64,000 bases of DNA from Octopus sinensis (Eukaryota), in NCBI RefSeq assembly GCF_006345805.1, contig NC_043005.1, positions 18,166,001-18,230,000 of the forward strand. The letters are read 5' to 3'. Every line of letters begins with the position of its first letter. Position 1 is the first letter of the stretch. The notes beneath the pieces are model-generated. The model had not been told where the DNA came from. It saw nothing but the letters and a program-made list of their open reading frames with translations, and made no database searches. The position numbers were made by a program, and so were the translations under genes. Of this stretch, positions 13,843-27,760 are shown in pieces.

Positions 13843-14273
13843 GGCAGCGTGGCAGAGACGTTAGCACAGCGGCCGAAATGCTTAGTGGTATTTCGTCTGT
13901 CTTTATGTTCTGAGTTCAAATTCTGCCGAGGTTGACATTATCTTTCATCCTTTCGGGGTCGATTAAATTAAGTACCAGTTACGCACTGGTTTCGATATAA
14001 TCGACTTAATCCGTTTGTCTGTCCTTGTTTGTCTCCTTTGTGTGTAGTCCCTTGTAGGCAGTAAAGAAATAAGAAACGTTAGCACGCCGGGCGAAATGCT
14101 TAGCCGTATTTCGTCTGTCTTTACGTTCTGAGTTCAAATTCTGCCGAGGTCGACTTTAACTTTCATCCTTTCGGGGATCGATAAATTAAGTACCAGTTAC
14201 GTTCTGAAGTCGATCTAATTGACTGACCTCCCCCCCCCCCAAATTCGGGCCTTGTGGCTGGAGTAGAAAAGAA
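13843..14273 (+). mobile_element. Two tandem family A SINE units
   Basis: The second unit starts at GAAACGTTAGC directly after the AATAAAGAAATA-type tail of the first. The two tails are different variants. Confidence 0.8.
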
Positions 14274-14480
14274 TATGGCAGCGTGTTTAAGAGATTGTTT
14301 CGGAATCAGTTGGCTCCCGAATCAACACCACTGTGTGACATATTACGAAAATGCACTTCAATGGATCTTGCAGTTGTTTCAGAAATATCATTGAACGATA
14401 TTTAGTTAGCGGAAACGCGGCCCGACCTCGTTGTCTTTGAGTGGGTGTATGTATATATGTTTTTTGTGTGTGTATTTTAC

Positions 14481-14670
14481 TTGTTTCAGTCATTTCACTG
14501 CGGCCATGCTGGAGCCATTAGCCGAGGAAATCGACCCCAGGACATATTTTTTGTAAGCCTAGTAATTATTCTATCGGTCTCTTTTTGCCGAACCGCTACG
14601 TTACGGGGGCATCGGTTAAACACACCGGCATCGGTTGTCAAACGATGTTGGGGTGACAAACACAGACACA

Positions 14671-14718
<48 letters not shown>

Positions 14719-14800
14719 CATATATAAGACGGACTTCTTTCAGTTTCTGTCTACCAAATCCACTCACAAGGCTTTGGTCGGCTCGAGGCTATAGTAGAAG
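14481..14800 (-). mobile_element. Family B SINE (5'-truncated)
   Basis: Tail, internal microsatellite and part of the CORE-like segment match other family B copies. Confidence 0.75.
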
Positions 14801-15390
14801 AGTAAAAGAGTATTATTATATGTATATTGTGCATAAAAAATGTAGAAGAAATTGCTACAGCTTTACCAAAATTGATCTTGAGCCAAAGAACAACCGCGAT
14901 GATGACAAGAACGAAGACGAAGGGGACAGTGGCGATGACGGTGTGGCTGCTGTAGGTAAACATTATATTGTAGTTCACATATTGGTCTCCTTCTTTATCG
15001 TATTTCCATAGTACAGACTTCCTAATGAACTCTGATACCAATTATTTTTACCTCATTAAAATTTCTTGTGTCACTTGCCTATTTGTTTATCATGGTAAAC
15101 GTTTACAGACTAAGTCTCAGATCCCAACGGGATTAACGTTGATTGTAAATGTACAGAGAACAGACCTCAGTGAATGACCGCTGCAGAATATATTAGCTTC
15201 AAAACTTCATGCATTAAGTTATGATGTTGTCGTTTAACCCGAGGCCAACCCTAGTCCACCAGAGCTTTTATGAACAGCATTGCAGTGTGTTCATATCCTT
15301 TTTTATTTAAGGCTATCTTATTGTCAGTTTGCAACTATGCACTCATGGATTATAGTTGATCCTTCTAAAGTTCTTTGATATTATAAAAAA

Positions 15391-15547
15391 GGCATGTCTG
15401 TGTGCTGAGAAGCTTGCTTCCCAACCACAAGGTTCCGGGTTGAGTCCCACTCTGGGGTAACTTAGGCAAATGTATTCTACTATAGCTTGGTGTCGGCCAA
15501 AGTCTTGTGAGGGGATTCGGTATACGGAAACTGAAAGAATCCCATCG

Positions 15548-15550
<3 letters not shown>
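15391..15550 (+). mobile_element. Family B SINE, 5' half
   Basis: tRNA-like head and CORE-like segment, ending in (TA)n. Confidence 0.7.
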
Positions 15551-15578
<28 letters not shown>

Positions 15579-15617
15579 TATATATATATAATATATATAT
15601 GTATGTATGCATGTATG

Positions 15618-15669
<52 letters not shown>

Positions 15670-16199
15670 TGTATGTATGTATATATATATATATGCATGT
15701 CTGCATGTATGTGGTTTCTTTGGTCGTCTATTGTTTCTGATATGCGGTGAGATTAGATAAGTTTTTATGCCACAAGGAAGGAGAGAAAACAAGAATTTCG
15801 TAACGGGCATAACCGAAACAAACATTCTACACTCTCTCAGAGGAAGAGAAAGCCCTTAAATACCACATCACTCCTCTCCTTCACAACATATTGAACACTC
15901 ATGAACTCCAGTAAATTTGTTAAAAATTGGTTGAATGTAGTAAGGTTGGGTCGAATAAGTGAGTCTGCTAACAGTTCATGTCTGTAGGCTAAGGAGAAGA
16001 GGAGCATTAAGGATTATATTCGTAGTGAGTAAGGTGAGTCAGGATCTTCGGGGTTCGTTGGCCGTCTCTGGGTAGAGTTTTCCCTCCACAGAGGAATCTC
16101 TTAAAAATTGTTAACAAACAAATATTCCATTGCCTTTAATTTTTATAATGGCTTAAATGTTCTTCGCACCACCTTTTTTTTACCATAAAGGCAGAAAGA

Positions 16200-16261
<62 letters not shown>

Positions 16262-16262
<1 letters not shown>

Positions 16263-16480
16263 GCCTTTGCGCAGCTTCTAACGCTTATTGCAGCCCTTAT
16301 TTGTTCCACGTACATCTCGAGATTTTTGCTCACTGTTCCCAGGGCTGCGTCAATTATTGGTATTACTGCTACCTTTTTCATCGACCACAGCTGCTTAACT
16401 TCCCAAGCTAACCTGTCATGTCTCCCGACTTTTCTTTCTTCCTTATCGCATGCTTTGTTGTCAGCTGTGCATGCTATATC
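16262..16480 (-). pseudogene. R4/Dong-type non-LTR retrotransposon fragment (end of RLE domain)
   Basis: The minus strand translates DIACTADNKACDKEERKVGRHDRLAWEVKQLWSMKKVAVIPIIDAALGTVSKNLEMYVEQI, typical of the RLE C-terminus. (ATT)n flanks both sides. Confidence 0.75.
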
Positions 16481-16482
16481 TA

Positions 16483-16506
16483 TTATTATTATTATTATTA
16501 TTATTA

Positions 16507-16580
<74 letters not shown>

Positions 16581-16599
16581 GTTATTATTTATATTATTA

Positions 16600-16631
<32 letters not shown>

Positions 16632-16644
16632 ATTATTATTATAC

Positions 16645-16685
<41 letters not shown>

Positions 16686-16713
16686 ATTATTATTTATATT
16701 ATTATTATTATTA

Positions 16714-16744
<31 letters not shown>

Positions 16745-16835
16745 TATATTATTATTATTATATTATTATTATTATTATATTATTATTATTATTATTATTT
16801 ATTATTATTTATTATTATTTATTATTATTATATTT
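16483..16835. repeat. (ATT)n microsatellite tract
   Basis: Direct reading. Confidence 0.95.
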
Positions 16836-17135
16836 ATCCTTTTTATCTCAGGTTTTGTTGTAACTCCTGGAGTCATTCATGCGTTGCGGGCTTGATGCCT
16901 GCAGCGTACTGATAATTGTTCTTTTTAACTATCTAATACTTTCCTGATTATTCTGGCCGTGCCAAGGAGGCAAACTTTTTGTAACAGGTCTACTGGGCCC
17001 TCTTTTCTGATTTCCTTTATATTCCTCTTGATGCCTTCTGATACTGTCCCCAAGGAACCATCAAAAATTGGTGCTATCTTCGCCTTCTTCATTTTCCATA
17101 GCCGGGCTATTTCAAACTTGAGAGGATTGTATATT
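16836..17135 (-). pseudogene. R4/Dong-type non-LTR 3' end with 3'UTR and (AAT)n tail
   Basis: LKFEIARLWKMKKAKIAPIFDGSLGTVSEGIKRNIKEI..LLQKVCLLGTARIIRKVLDS*, followed by a ~90-nt UTR and (AAT)n. Confidence 0.8.
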
Positions 17136-17157
17136 CTCTTTCTTTCTCTTTCTCTTT

Positions 17158-17556
17158 TACTTGTTTCAGTCATTTGACTGCGGCCATGCTGGAGCACCGC
17201 CTTTAGTCGAGCAAATCGACCCCGGGACTTATTCTTTGGAAGCCCAGTACTTATTCTATCGGTCTCTTTTTTTGCCGAACCGCTAAGTGACGGGGACGTA
17301 AACACACCAGCCAGCATCGGTTGTCAAGCAATGCTAGGGGGACAAACACAGACACACAAACACACACACATATATATATATATACATATATACGACAGGC
17401 TTCTTTCAGTTTCCGTCTACCAAATCCACTCACAAGGCATTGGTCGGCCCGGGGCTATAGCAGAAGACACTTGCCCAAGATGCCACGCAGTGGGACTGAA
17501 CCCGGAACCATGTGGTTGGTTAGCAAGCTACTTACCACACAGCCACTCCTGCGCCT
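17158..17556 (-). mobile_element. Family B SINE, full length
   Basis: Runs from head AGGCGCAGGAGTGGCTGTGTGG to tail GACTGAAACAAGTAAAAGAG. Confidence 0.85.
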
Positions 17557-17949
17557 ACGTCTATTTTTGTTTTCGCCTTCCTTCTTGACTAATCGTGAGT
17601 CAAAATGGCAAACAACATCAACACTATAGCACATGTGGTGCACCTTGTCCACCAGCACTCTCTCTCTCTCTCTCTACACACACAGTTATATATATAAAGC
17701 AAGCTGGCACGATTGTAAGAATAGCGGGCTAAATTCTTAGCGGCATTTTGTCTGTATTCATGTTCTGAGTTCAAACTCCGCTGAGGTCGAAGGACAAAGT
17801 GGACTTTATATTTAATGCTTTCGAGGGCGATAAAATAAATACCAGTTCAGCTCTGGAATCGATGAGATCGATTTATCCACAAATTTCGAAATTGATTCCC
17901 TTTTTTCAAAATTTGAAATCTTTCTATCTCTATTACTTTATTCTTTTCT

Positions 17950-18312
17950 TTTACTTGTCTCACTCATTTAACTGCAGCCATGCTGGAGCACCACCTTTAG
18001 TCGAACAAATCGACTCCAGGACTTATTATTTTGTAAGCCTAATACGTATTCTATCGGTGGATTTTGCCGAACAGCTAAGTTACGAGGACGTAAGCACATC
18101 AACATCGGTTGGGGGGGGGGCACAGACACAAATATATATATATATATATATATAGGACGGGTTTCTTTCAGTTTCCGTCTACCAAATCCACTCACAAGGC
18201 TTTGGTCGACCCGAGGCTATAGTAGAAGGCACTGGCCCATGATGCCACGCAGTGGGACTGAACCTAGAACCGTGCGTCTGGTAAGCAAGCTACGTACCGC
18301 AAACCCACTTCT
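17950..18312 (-). mobile_element. Family B SINE (diverged)
   Basis: Same modules and internal (TA)n as other copies. Confidence 0.75.
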
Positions 18313-18699
18313 GCATATATATGTGTGTGCGTATGCATGTGTGTGAGCGCGTGTGTACATCAAATACTTATAATAGCATAATCTAAATTAAACATCATAA
18401 TACACTGTTTTACGACTGTGAACCAGATTAAAATTTGCGAACGTAGACAACTGTAAAATATATATAGATAAGTAAGAACTGAAACTCGTTAGACTCTTTG
18501 TACTGCAAACGTGATTTCCTTACGGCACAGAGCCGAAAATGTGCAAAATAAACATCAATCACAACAATCATATCACTCTCTACAATCAGGTAAGAGAATA
18601 AAAAGCTTACGGGCAACTCTGTGTCTATGGAAACATCATAAACAAATACACGCAGCTTCACATTAACAAATACACGCAGCTTCACCACACGTACACACT

Positions 18700-18731
<32 letters not shown>

Positions 18732-18818
18732 GTTGGGAGGTACAAAAAACAAAAGACGAAGACAAGAGTGTAAACAAGAAGCAGGTGTATTAGTTTTACG
18801 CTTGGGAAGGTGAGAATG

Positions 18819-18856
18819 TCTTTTACGTTTCGAGCCTACGCTCTTCAACAGAAAGG
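18819..18856 (-). ncRNA. Decayed minimal type I hammerhead motif (core CUGUUGA)
   Basis: Minus strand CCTTT-CTGTTGA-A-GAGC gtag GCTC-GAAAC-GTA-AAAGA. Stems I and II are intact; core position A6 is changed to U. Confidence 0.6.
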
Positions 18857-19449
18857 AACACGAGGAAATGAACAGAAAGAGAATAAAAAAAGAAACGTTT
18901 AGTAGCTAGCGGTCAATCATAGCGATGGTCGGACAGAGGTGGTCAGACAGTAGAGCTAGTAAAAAGTGGAAATAATAAAGTAGTGGCGATCCCAAAACGA
19001 AGGTGCGCGTGCATGTGTATGTGACAGCGTTGTGTGTGTGTGGTTAGGGTGGGGTGTAGGTTGGGGTGAGGGTATGGGGTTATGGGTGGGGTGGGGTAAC
19101 GATGGAGGGGTGACAATGAAAGGAGAGGATGAAGGTGAGTATGTGGGTAGGAGTCAAGAAAGCAAGTAGGTATCAGAGCATATATGTGATGGTGTTGGGA
19201 TGTGGGGGAGGCGAGATTGGGGAAAGCAAGGATGGGGTTTGGGTTAGGATGAGGGTGGGTGTAGAGGTGGAGTATATGGGTAGGCGGAGGGTGGGTGTAG
19301 AGGTGGTATAGATGGGGTGGGTGTAAGGGATAGGATGGTATGAATAGGGAGGTGAGGTTGCATTGTGTGGGGTTGGGGTTACGATATATATATAAACATA
19401 TAGCAATTCTACAGCAAATTAGATAAGTATATATTAGATAAGTATATAT

Positions 19450-20360
19450 AAACGAACTATGAGAACAATTGCAAATTTACCAACAAATTCAAGGAGTATT
19501 TAGCAAAAGAGGAGTTGGGTTACCTAACCAATTTTGAAGAGAAATCAAGTAATTTGTATGGACTTTCTAAAATCCTTAAATCTAAACAGATCAACAACAG
19601 CTTAAAAGACTTTCATACTCCATACATAAATATTCCCTAACCAACTGATCTCAAAGTGTGTCCGATTGTTGCAGGACCAATATCCAAAGATTAAGCAAGT
19701 TGCTGGACATAATTTTAAAAACTTTCTGCAGATTAGTTCCTGGTTTCATCAGAGATGACATGGACTTCTTAAACAATATCCCAGAACGGGTAGATAAATA
19801 GATAGTACTAGTTAGCTTTGATGTAACTAGTCTCTACACAAATATTCTCCATATATATGGGCTAGAAGCAGTAGAATTCTCGATAAACAAATACCCACAA
19901 AGAATTCAAGAGAAATTCTCAAAAGAGTTTATACCCGAAGGTTTACAGATAGTACTGAAAAACAACTACTTCTTTGATAATCAATATTATCTACAAGTAT
20001 AAGGCACTGCGATGGGGACGAAAGTCGCACCATCATTTTCCACACCAGTAATGGTATACTTGAAAGAAAAATATCCAGAACTACTTTTGATCACCACTTC
20101 CAAACCTATCTTATAGAAACTAGAAAAGATTTTTAGATGATTGCTTTATATATTGGAACCGAAATAAGGAGGACTTTACAAAATTTCTTAAATTAGTAGC
20201 ATTCATGTCTCAATCCAATTCAATATGGAAATGAATGAAAGGTAACTCTCCTTTTGGGATATCTTGATAATTAAAGAAAATGAGACAGTTAGAACAAACA
20301 TCTACTATAAGAACACAATCACATCAATATTTAGATTTTAGATATTGCAACCCTTCCCAA
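19450..20360 (+). pseudogene. Penelope-like retroelement reverse transcriptase remnant
   Basis: Frame-broken translation with NLYGLSKI, PIVAGP, IVLVSFDVTSLYTNI, GTAMGTKVAPS, FLDDCFI and VRTNIYYK..HQYLDF, matching PLE RT motifs. Confidence 0.85.
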
Positions 20361-21908
20361 ACATCACTTTGATGGCATACATATTAAAAGATAACTGAAG
20401 TATTAGACTAGAATAATACAACAGTTTTATACATACATATATTCATATATTTACGTACTTGTATGCGGGGTTGACCTTATGAAGAAGCTTCAAGCAAAGA
20501 CATTACCTGATTTCGAACATTACTATTATATGTTGCATGCTGTGACTGGCCGTAACTGTGAGAGTGAAAAATACTCAAAGAAAAATTCGATGAGAAAATG
20601 AAGGCATGCGTCAATGTGAACGATAGGTTTTCTGAACAGTTACGGCAGGGGGCGCCCATCTTTGCCAACTAGCGATAGCTTTGCTCGAAATCGAGTTTCA
20701 GCCATTATTTATGTATGTATGTAATATCACTCCTAATTTTAATGGCAACTTGTAACCCAGTACAATATCTCTGGAATGAATTTCATTCATATCTGAATAT
20801 AAATTGTTACTTATACATTAAAATGTAATTCATATATTTTTCTGGATATATTGAAAAGCATTCGTGAATTTACTTCTCAGCAGGATATCGAAGAGATATT
20901 TGCCTGTACAGTATTCATTTATATGCACAAATATGATTCATTGTGCGTAAATTCAAAATTCCATATATAAATTTAGACGAAAAGAACTCTTTGGAGAATG
21001 AGATTCTCTGCGCTACAATATTCAACAGTTTTGTAGATGAGAAGAGAAACGGTGTTATATCTCTATATATTTGTTAATATATATCGACAGGTAGATATGC
21101 AAGCACACACATTTTCTTTGTATGAGATAAACTATTTTTATTAACTGTGATTCAAGAGATGATAAAATGCCTATCTGGTGGTCATTTGAACCAACTCCAT
21201 ATGAGGTGGAAAAATTATCACAAGAATTTTCCGAAATTAGCATGTTTTTTAAAAATGTACGATTGTCTCGAGAGAAAAGGATAGCTACGGACTCGTGTTT
21301 CTCCTTCAATACCCATCATCAGAACCGCAGTTGTTCTCTCTTAATCAAACTTCCATATATGGGAATATAAGATATTCACTTCTTTAGTTTATTGATTTCG
21401 CGTAAATATTGGTCGCTGACCCAAATATTCTCTAGTAATATGTATTACATCACAGTCAATAACTGCCTCAATTAGACAAATTAAGTGGTGCCATGTAAGG
21501 TGCCTCGGTGTCTACACACATACACGCGCGCACACACATACACATACACAATATTTGTCTTAGGTATTTTAAATTTTCGTACTTAATACCTTTCGTAATG
21601 GATCATTCTGGATGTATTCTTAACATTTCAATAATACAGATTTTCGGCTGAATATTTACGACGTAACTTGTACGTACTGGTTGCTCTACATTCATCCTGC
21701 CGACTGCTCATTTAGCAGGATATCCCTTGAACATCTTTCCCTCTTTCTTGACACCAACTGAATGATGAGTATTTGCAGAAATATCAAGATGTGGAAGGTT
21801 TACGGTATTATAGATACATACAGTTGTATATTTAAGAGATGAAGAATTATGTACATTATTTACATTTAAAACATTTGAAGGATACTTGTCCTCATTTTGT
21901 TTGTTGTT

Positions 21909-21956
21909 AACACAACGTTTCGGCTGATATACCCTCCAGCCTTCATCAGGTATCTT
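21909..21956 (-). ncRNA. Minimal type I hammerhead ribozyme motif in a ~170-bp repeat (21815-21985)
   Basis: Minus strand GATAC-CTGATGA-A-GGCTG gagggtatat CAGCC-GAAAC-GTT-GTGTT. Helix III is reduced to palindromic AACGTT. Same family as the 33.7/34.0-kb copies. Confidence 0.8.
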
Positions 21957-22049
21957 GGGGAAATTTCGATCCTGGGTTCTCATTTCTAAAATAAGTGGTG
22001 CTAGTCAGGACTCTCCGTCACTTTTGTGATCCCTAATTAATTTTGCCTT

Positions 22050-22080
<31 letters not shown>

Positions 22081-22310
22081 CTGTATTTTCACCCATAAAT
22101 TTTATTCAATATATTCCTCTCTTAATTTCACACACTTATTGCAGCAGTCCTTCAGTTTTTTCGACTCCTGTGAAAGAACTCGGAAGCTTGGGCCTCCAAC
22201 GAGGCCTTTAACGACACCCTTAAAACCAGGAATCCGCTCGTATATATATATGAGCACACCTCTGCACGCACACTTTTATTGTCGACGTATTGTTGATTCT
22301 GTGAAATAAT

Positions 22311-22539
22311 CATGGGATAGCGGGTTCGAATCTCAGACAGGGCACAACGCGGCTCCGGCAGAAGGTAATGGCGAACTTCTGCTGACTCTTTCGCCACAAC
22401 TTTCTCTCACTCTTTCCTCCTGCATCTTGCGGCTTACCTGCGCAGGACCAGCGTCCCGTCCAGGTGGGGAACCTATACGCCAAGGAAACCGGGAAACCGG
22501 CCCTATGAGCCAGGTATGGCTCGAGAAGGAACAAACAAT
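22311..22539 (+). mobile_element. SINE family C (5'-truncated) with (TACA)n tail
   Basis: B-box-like GGTTCGAATC, and a central GGCTCCGGCAG..CCACAACTTTCTCTCACTCTT segment shared with 48625-48997. Confidence 0.65.
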
Positions 22540-22565
22540 ACATACATACATACATACATACATAC

Positions 22566-22602
<37 letters not shown>

Positions 22603-23165
22603 CATACATACATACATACATACATGCATGCATACATACATACATACAAACATACATGCTGCATGCACACACACACATTTATAATCCACTCCAGTAGCAA
22701 AATTCCAGAAAGATATTTACTTCTCAAACAGGATTCGTTTATGTTAACGCGAATAAACATAACGTGAAAAACGGTGTAACTTGTAAGGATTAGAATAGTT
22801 AACAATTCCAAGCGAATAGGTTTAGTTACGCAATTTGTGCATTATATTGGTTTCATGTCAAATTTTAAGAATTATGTGTATGTGTGTGTGTGTGTGTGTT
22901 GTAGTCGATAATATAAAAGCGTCGGAAGCCCAATGTGAATGGTAAAGAATTTAGAATCAACAATTTGTGGAATTCCTCAATGCTTTCGGTTTTCAGACTT
23001 TCGGTATATAATTGATATTTTTCATTGTTAACGAATTGCAGGATGATGTAACGAAAAATGCTATGAACAAATCCACCGTTCCCTTTGTTTATATACATAC
23101 ATACACACACACATGTATATATTTACATTTATATAACATAACACATATATACATATACATATGCA

Positions 23166-23212
<47 letters not shown>

Positions 23213-23359
23213 TATATATATATCATATATATATACACACATATATGCATATGTCACATACAATATGTATATGGCTAATATATAGACATATCTATTTATC
23301 TACCTATATAGCTAGCTATGTATATACATACATATATACATATATATATTTATATAAAT

Positions 23360-23747
23360 AAAAATTATGATTTAGGGTTCTACGGGGTACTGCCATGCTG
23401 AAAATAGCAGCCAAAATCTGACTCTAAAACCACATTAAATGTTGCATATGTGCATACATATGTATGTATACGTGCGTATATGTAAGTATTTATATGTTAT
23501 ATGTATATATAAATATATATATATATATTACTTTCTGCGTATATTCCACTGAAGAGGCAAAGCATTTTTTAATGCAAAGTCAGAAATCCGGGATCTGGAG
23601 TTATCCAGTAATTTTTTGCTAGTTTATTTTCTAATTTTGTCTTCTCTCCTTGTGCTGTATAAACATTTAATGTGGTTTTAGAGTCAGATTTTGGTTGGTA
23701 TTTTCAGTATGATGGTATCTCGTAGATACCCTAAATCATAATTTTAA
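23360..23747. mobile_element. Fold-back element (85-bp inverted arms) enclosing a hammerhead motif
   Basis: Arms 23360-23443 and 23662-23747 are inverted. Plus-strand hammerhead at 23544-23600: TTCCA-CTGAAGA-GGC..GTC-A-GAAA-TCCGGG-ATC-TGGAG. Confidence 0.75.
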
Positions 23748-23828
23748 TAGTAATTATTGCCTTTGAAGGTTTTATTCCCATATGGCCACTTGACAAGATC
23801 CATATTTAATTTAAATTAACGATCTTAT

Positions 23829-23873
<45 letters not shown>

Positions 23874-24960
23874 TATATACACACACACATATATATATAT
23901 GTATTAACATACATGTATATATTTACTTATATGTAAATCATACACACACGCACGCACACACACTCACACACTCAGATATATATGCATATATACAGATTTT
24001 CGGCCGAATCAAGGAAATTGTTAAGGAAATTGTTTTCCCTTCTGTTTCAATTGCTGATATTATCTGCCGATTGTCACACCTGGCAGAAATGTCACACCTT
24101 ATTTCAGTAACGGGAAGCGTGTTGCATATTTAAAACCTACTGAATTGGAGCCAAAAGCCCAAAGTATTAAGATCGTCGCTTTACGAATTACGCTAACTCT
24201 TAATTGTTTGATACTTTAGTATCGACTGCGAGTAAGTGGTCTTTAAATGGATTTGCAACCAGAGCAAAGGGAATCGGAACATATTCTACAAAGCATCCCT
24301 CAGTTGCTCTACTGGTTTTAGTAATCCGTTTCTTGCGCGCAGAAACATACACACACACACACACACCATATATATTATATATATATATATATAATTATTA
24401 TATATATACATATATATATGTATGTGTGGTGTGTGTATATATTGTGTTTATACATATGTGTATGTATAAAGTATGCATTTGTCTCTGTGTGTATATACAT
24501 ACGTATACACACACATACATACATTTATACATCTATGTGTTTGTATGCATGTATGTATGTATAAAGCGAAGCTTGCATCAAAGCATTGGTATCTTTTAAG
24601 CAACACAGAACTATTAAAAGATATATACATATACGCATGTATCCATGCATATATGTATATATATATATATATACACTACATATCTATATACACATATATA
24701 AATGTATATTGACATGCACACCCATATGTACACACACACACACACACACACACACAATATATATAGATCACGTGACCAACCAGTCCATCAGATGTAGTTA
24801 CACATCGCTGGTCACAATGCATTTGCATTGTTTTAGCCCTCGAATGACGCCACCCCGCTGGCTAAGCGAGCAGGCCAGAATATTATATATATATGATATA
24901 TATATATTATATATAGATATATAATATATATATATATATATATAATATCATATATATATA

Positions 24961-25014
<54 letters not shown>

Positions 25015-25590
25015 TGTAATGTATATGCATGGAGTGAGTGAGTGTGTGTTGTATATATTTATCTATCTGTATATTGAAATATCTGTTCTCTTTATGTTAC
25101 TTTGGACAATAGGAAGGCATTTTGAGCTAAACGCATGCAGAAAAAATCACACCCATTCCCTTCCTCGGCAGCATAACAAAGATATATTTTCTCCTAGTAG
25201 TTTCATTTATCTACTCGCTGGTTGAAGTAGAGTAAAACATAAGATATTGAAAGTGAAATGCAAAAAATGTAAATTCCAAGGAATTGAATTCTCTGACCTA
25301 AAGTACACGAAAATCGTGGATACATAATTGAAATCCTGGATTTGAAGCTACATGACACATGCTTTTTTTTTTGCGTTGCATTATTCCATAGAAATATAAT
25401 TTCCATCGAAGTAAAAAAGCAGAAACGAAATAGCTTATTTTATTATGTATGCTTTCAGCACACATTCTTTTTACTATACATGGGAATATTTATACATACA
25501 TTCATACATACGTACATTTTTACATACCAATTTACACATTTACATATATATGAATATCTATCTATCTATCTATCTATCATCTATCTATCT

Positions 25591-25629
<39 letters not shown>

Positions 25630-25704
25630 CTCTATTATCTATCCCTCTCTCTCTATCTATATAATATATATCTTCCCCCCTTATTATATATATTATATAT
25701 ATAC

Positions 25705-25749
<45 letters not shown>

Positions 25750-25947
25750 GATCGATTGATAGATAGAAAGATAGATGTAGATATACAGACAAATATACAT
25801 ACTATATATATATATATCTATATATATATATATATATATATTTATAATATAATAGGTAAGAAAGATGTACAGGTGTTAATTCAGTATGGCCGTTCAAGCG
25901 ACTCCTTTAATTGATTAAGGAAAATATTACATCATTAGAAATAAACC

Positions 25948-26200
25948 GTTTTCGTCAGATGACCGCATAGATGACCGTATAGGTGGATACAATCATTTCC
26001 TTAATATTTTCATATCAATAATGGAACTCAGAATATTTACATTGGTTCCTTTTGTCATATCTGTGGCAGAACATGACATATCTGCCACATATGACAGAAG
26101 AAACAATGTACATATTTTGAGTTCCATTATTGATGTAAATGTGTTAAAGAAATGGTTGTATCATTTATGTTTGAGGTCTCTGCGACCATCTGACAAAAAC
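25948..26200. mobile_element. Small MITE-like element with ~20-bp TIRs
   Basis: GTTTTCGTCAGATGACCGCA versus TGCGACCATCTGACAAAAAC; internal hairpin TGTGGCAGA..TCTGCCACA. Confidence 0.55.
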
Positions 26201-26567
26201 AATTTCTTTCAAATGATGTAATGTTTTCCTGAATCCATTATTGGTGTCGCTCGAAACAGTGGTAATGAACTGGCGCATGTACATCTTTGTTCCTCATATT
26301 TTAGTCACTTAAAGTGGAATCTGCACTTCGGAAATACTACAGAAAGCACCTTTATAAAAAGCACATGTCTGAATTACTAGGAGTGGATATCTTCACTTAG
26401 CTGGGTTTCGTTATCTGCACACACAGAAGGAATATCAGGTACAAACACCACTGCATGGACTCTTGATATTCAATGTTCAGTTAATATTGTGTTTGGGTGT
26501 CCGGATTATACCGACCTAACAAGATGCCTCAATTTATGTACGTAATGCAACGGAGTTTTAACATATA

Positions 26568-26618
<51 letters not shown>

Positions 26619-26664
26619 GATAGATAGATAGAGATACATACAGCATACACATATATACATACAA

Positions 26665-26694
<30 letters not shown>

Positions 26695-26696
<2 letters not shown>

Positions 26697-26925
26697 TTCT
26701 TTACTGCCCACAAGGGGCTAAACATAGAGGGGACAAACAAGGACAGACAAAGGGATTAAGTTGATCACATCAACCCCAGTGCGTAACTGGTACTTAATTT
26801 ATCGGCCCCGAAAGGATGAAAGGCAAAGTCAACCTCGGCGGAATTTGAACTCAGAACGTAACGACAGACGAAATACCGCTAAGCATTTCGCCCAGCGCGC
26901 TAACGCTTCTGCCAGCTCCCCGCCT
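26695..26925 (-). mobile_element. Family A SINE, full length
   Basis: Reverse-complement match to 143-374. Confidence 0.85.
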
Positions 26926-27380
26926 GAATATATATATATATACTAAAAATATATATATATATATGCGCTGTGTGAGTCGCATATGTGTGTGTATGTGAGT
27001 CACACGCACCTATATGCATGTTTATGTCTATGTCTGTTCGATATTTACATATATATTATCGATGGTGCACAATTTTGGCTGTATGCATACACACACGCGC
27101 GCGCACACACACATGCATGCATAGTATGCATGTATGTACGTATGTGTACCTGTGTAATTCTAAACACCGTCAGGTATAAACATTTCAATATTTGGTGTAA
27201 TATTCAAGATAAGATGAGGTCGACTTTGCCTGTCATCCTTTCGGGGTCGATAACGTAATTACCAGTTGCGTACTGGTGTCGATCTAGTCGATTGGCCACC
27301 TCCCACAAAATTTCGGGCCTTGTGTAAAGAATATTCAAGAAAAGATGAAGTAGTTAAGAAGATAAATTAGACAAACGTAG

Positions 27381-27760
27381 GAGGCGTAGGAGTGGCTGTG
27401 TGGTAAGTAGCTTGCTTACGAACCATATAGTTCCGGGTACAGTCCTACTGCGTGGCACCTTGGGCAGGTGTCTTCTACTATAGCCTCAGGCTTGTGAGTG
27501 GATTTGGTAGACGTGTGTGTGCGTGTATGTGTGTGTATGTATGTATGTGTGTATATGTTTGCATGTCTGTGTTTGTCTTCCAATATCACTTGACAACCGA
27601 TGGTGGTTTGTTTACGTCCCCGTAACTTAGCTGTTCGGCAAAAGAGACCGATAGAACAAGTACTAGGCTTACAAAAAAATAAGTCGTTGGGTCAATTTGT
27701 TCAGCTAAATGCGGTGCCCCAGCATGGCCACAGTCAAATGCTTGAAACAAGTAAAAGAGA
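27381..27760 (+). mobile_element. Family B SINE
   Basis: Head AGGCGTAGGAGTGGCTGTGTGG, internal (TG)/(TATG) tract, then tail. Confidence 0.8.
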
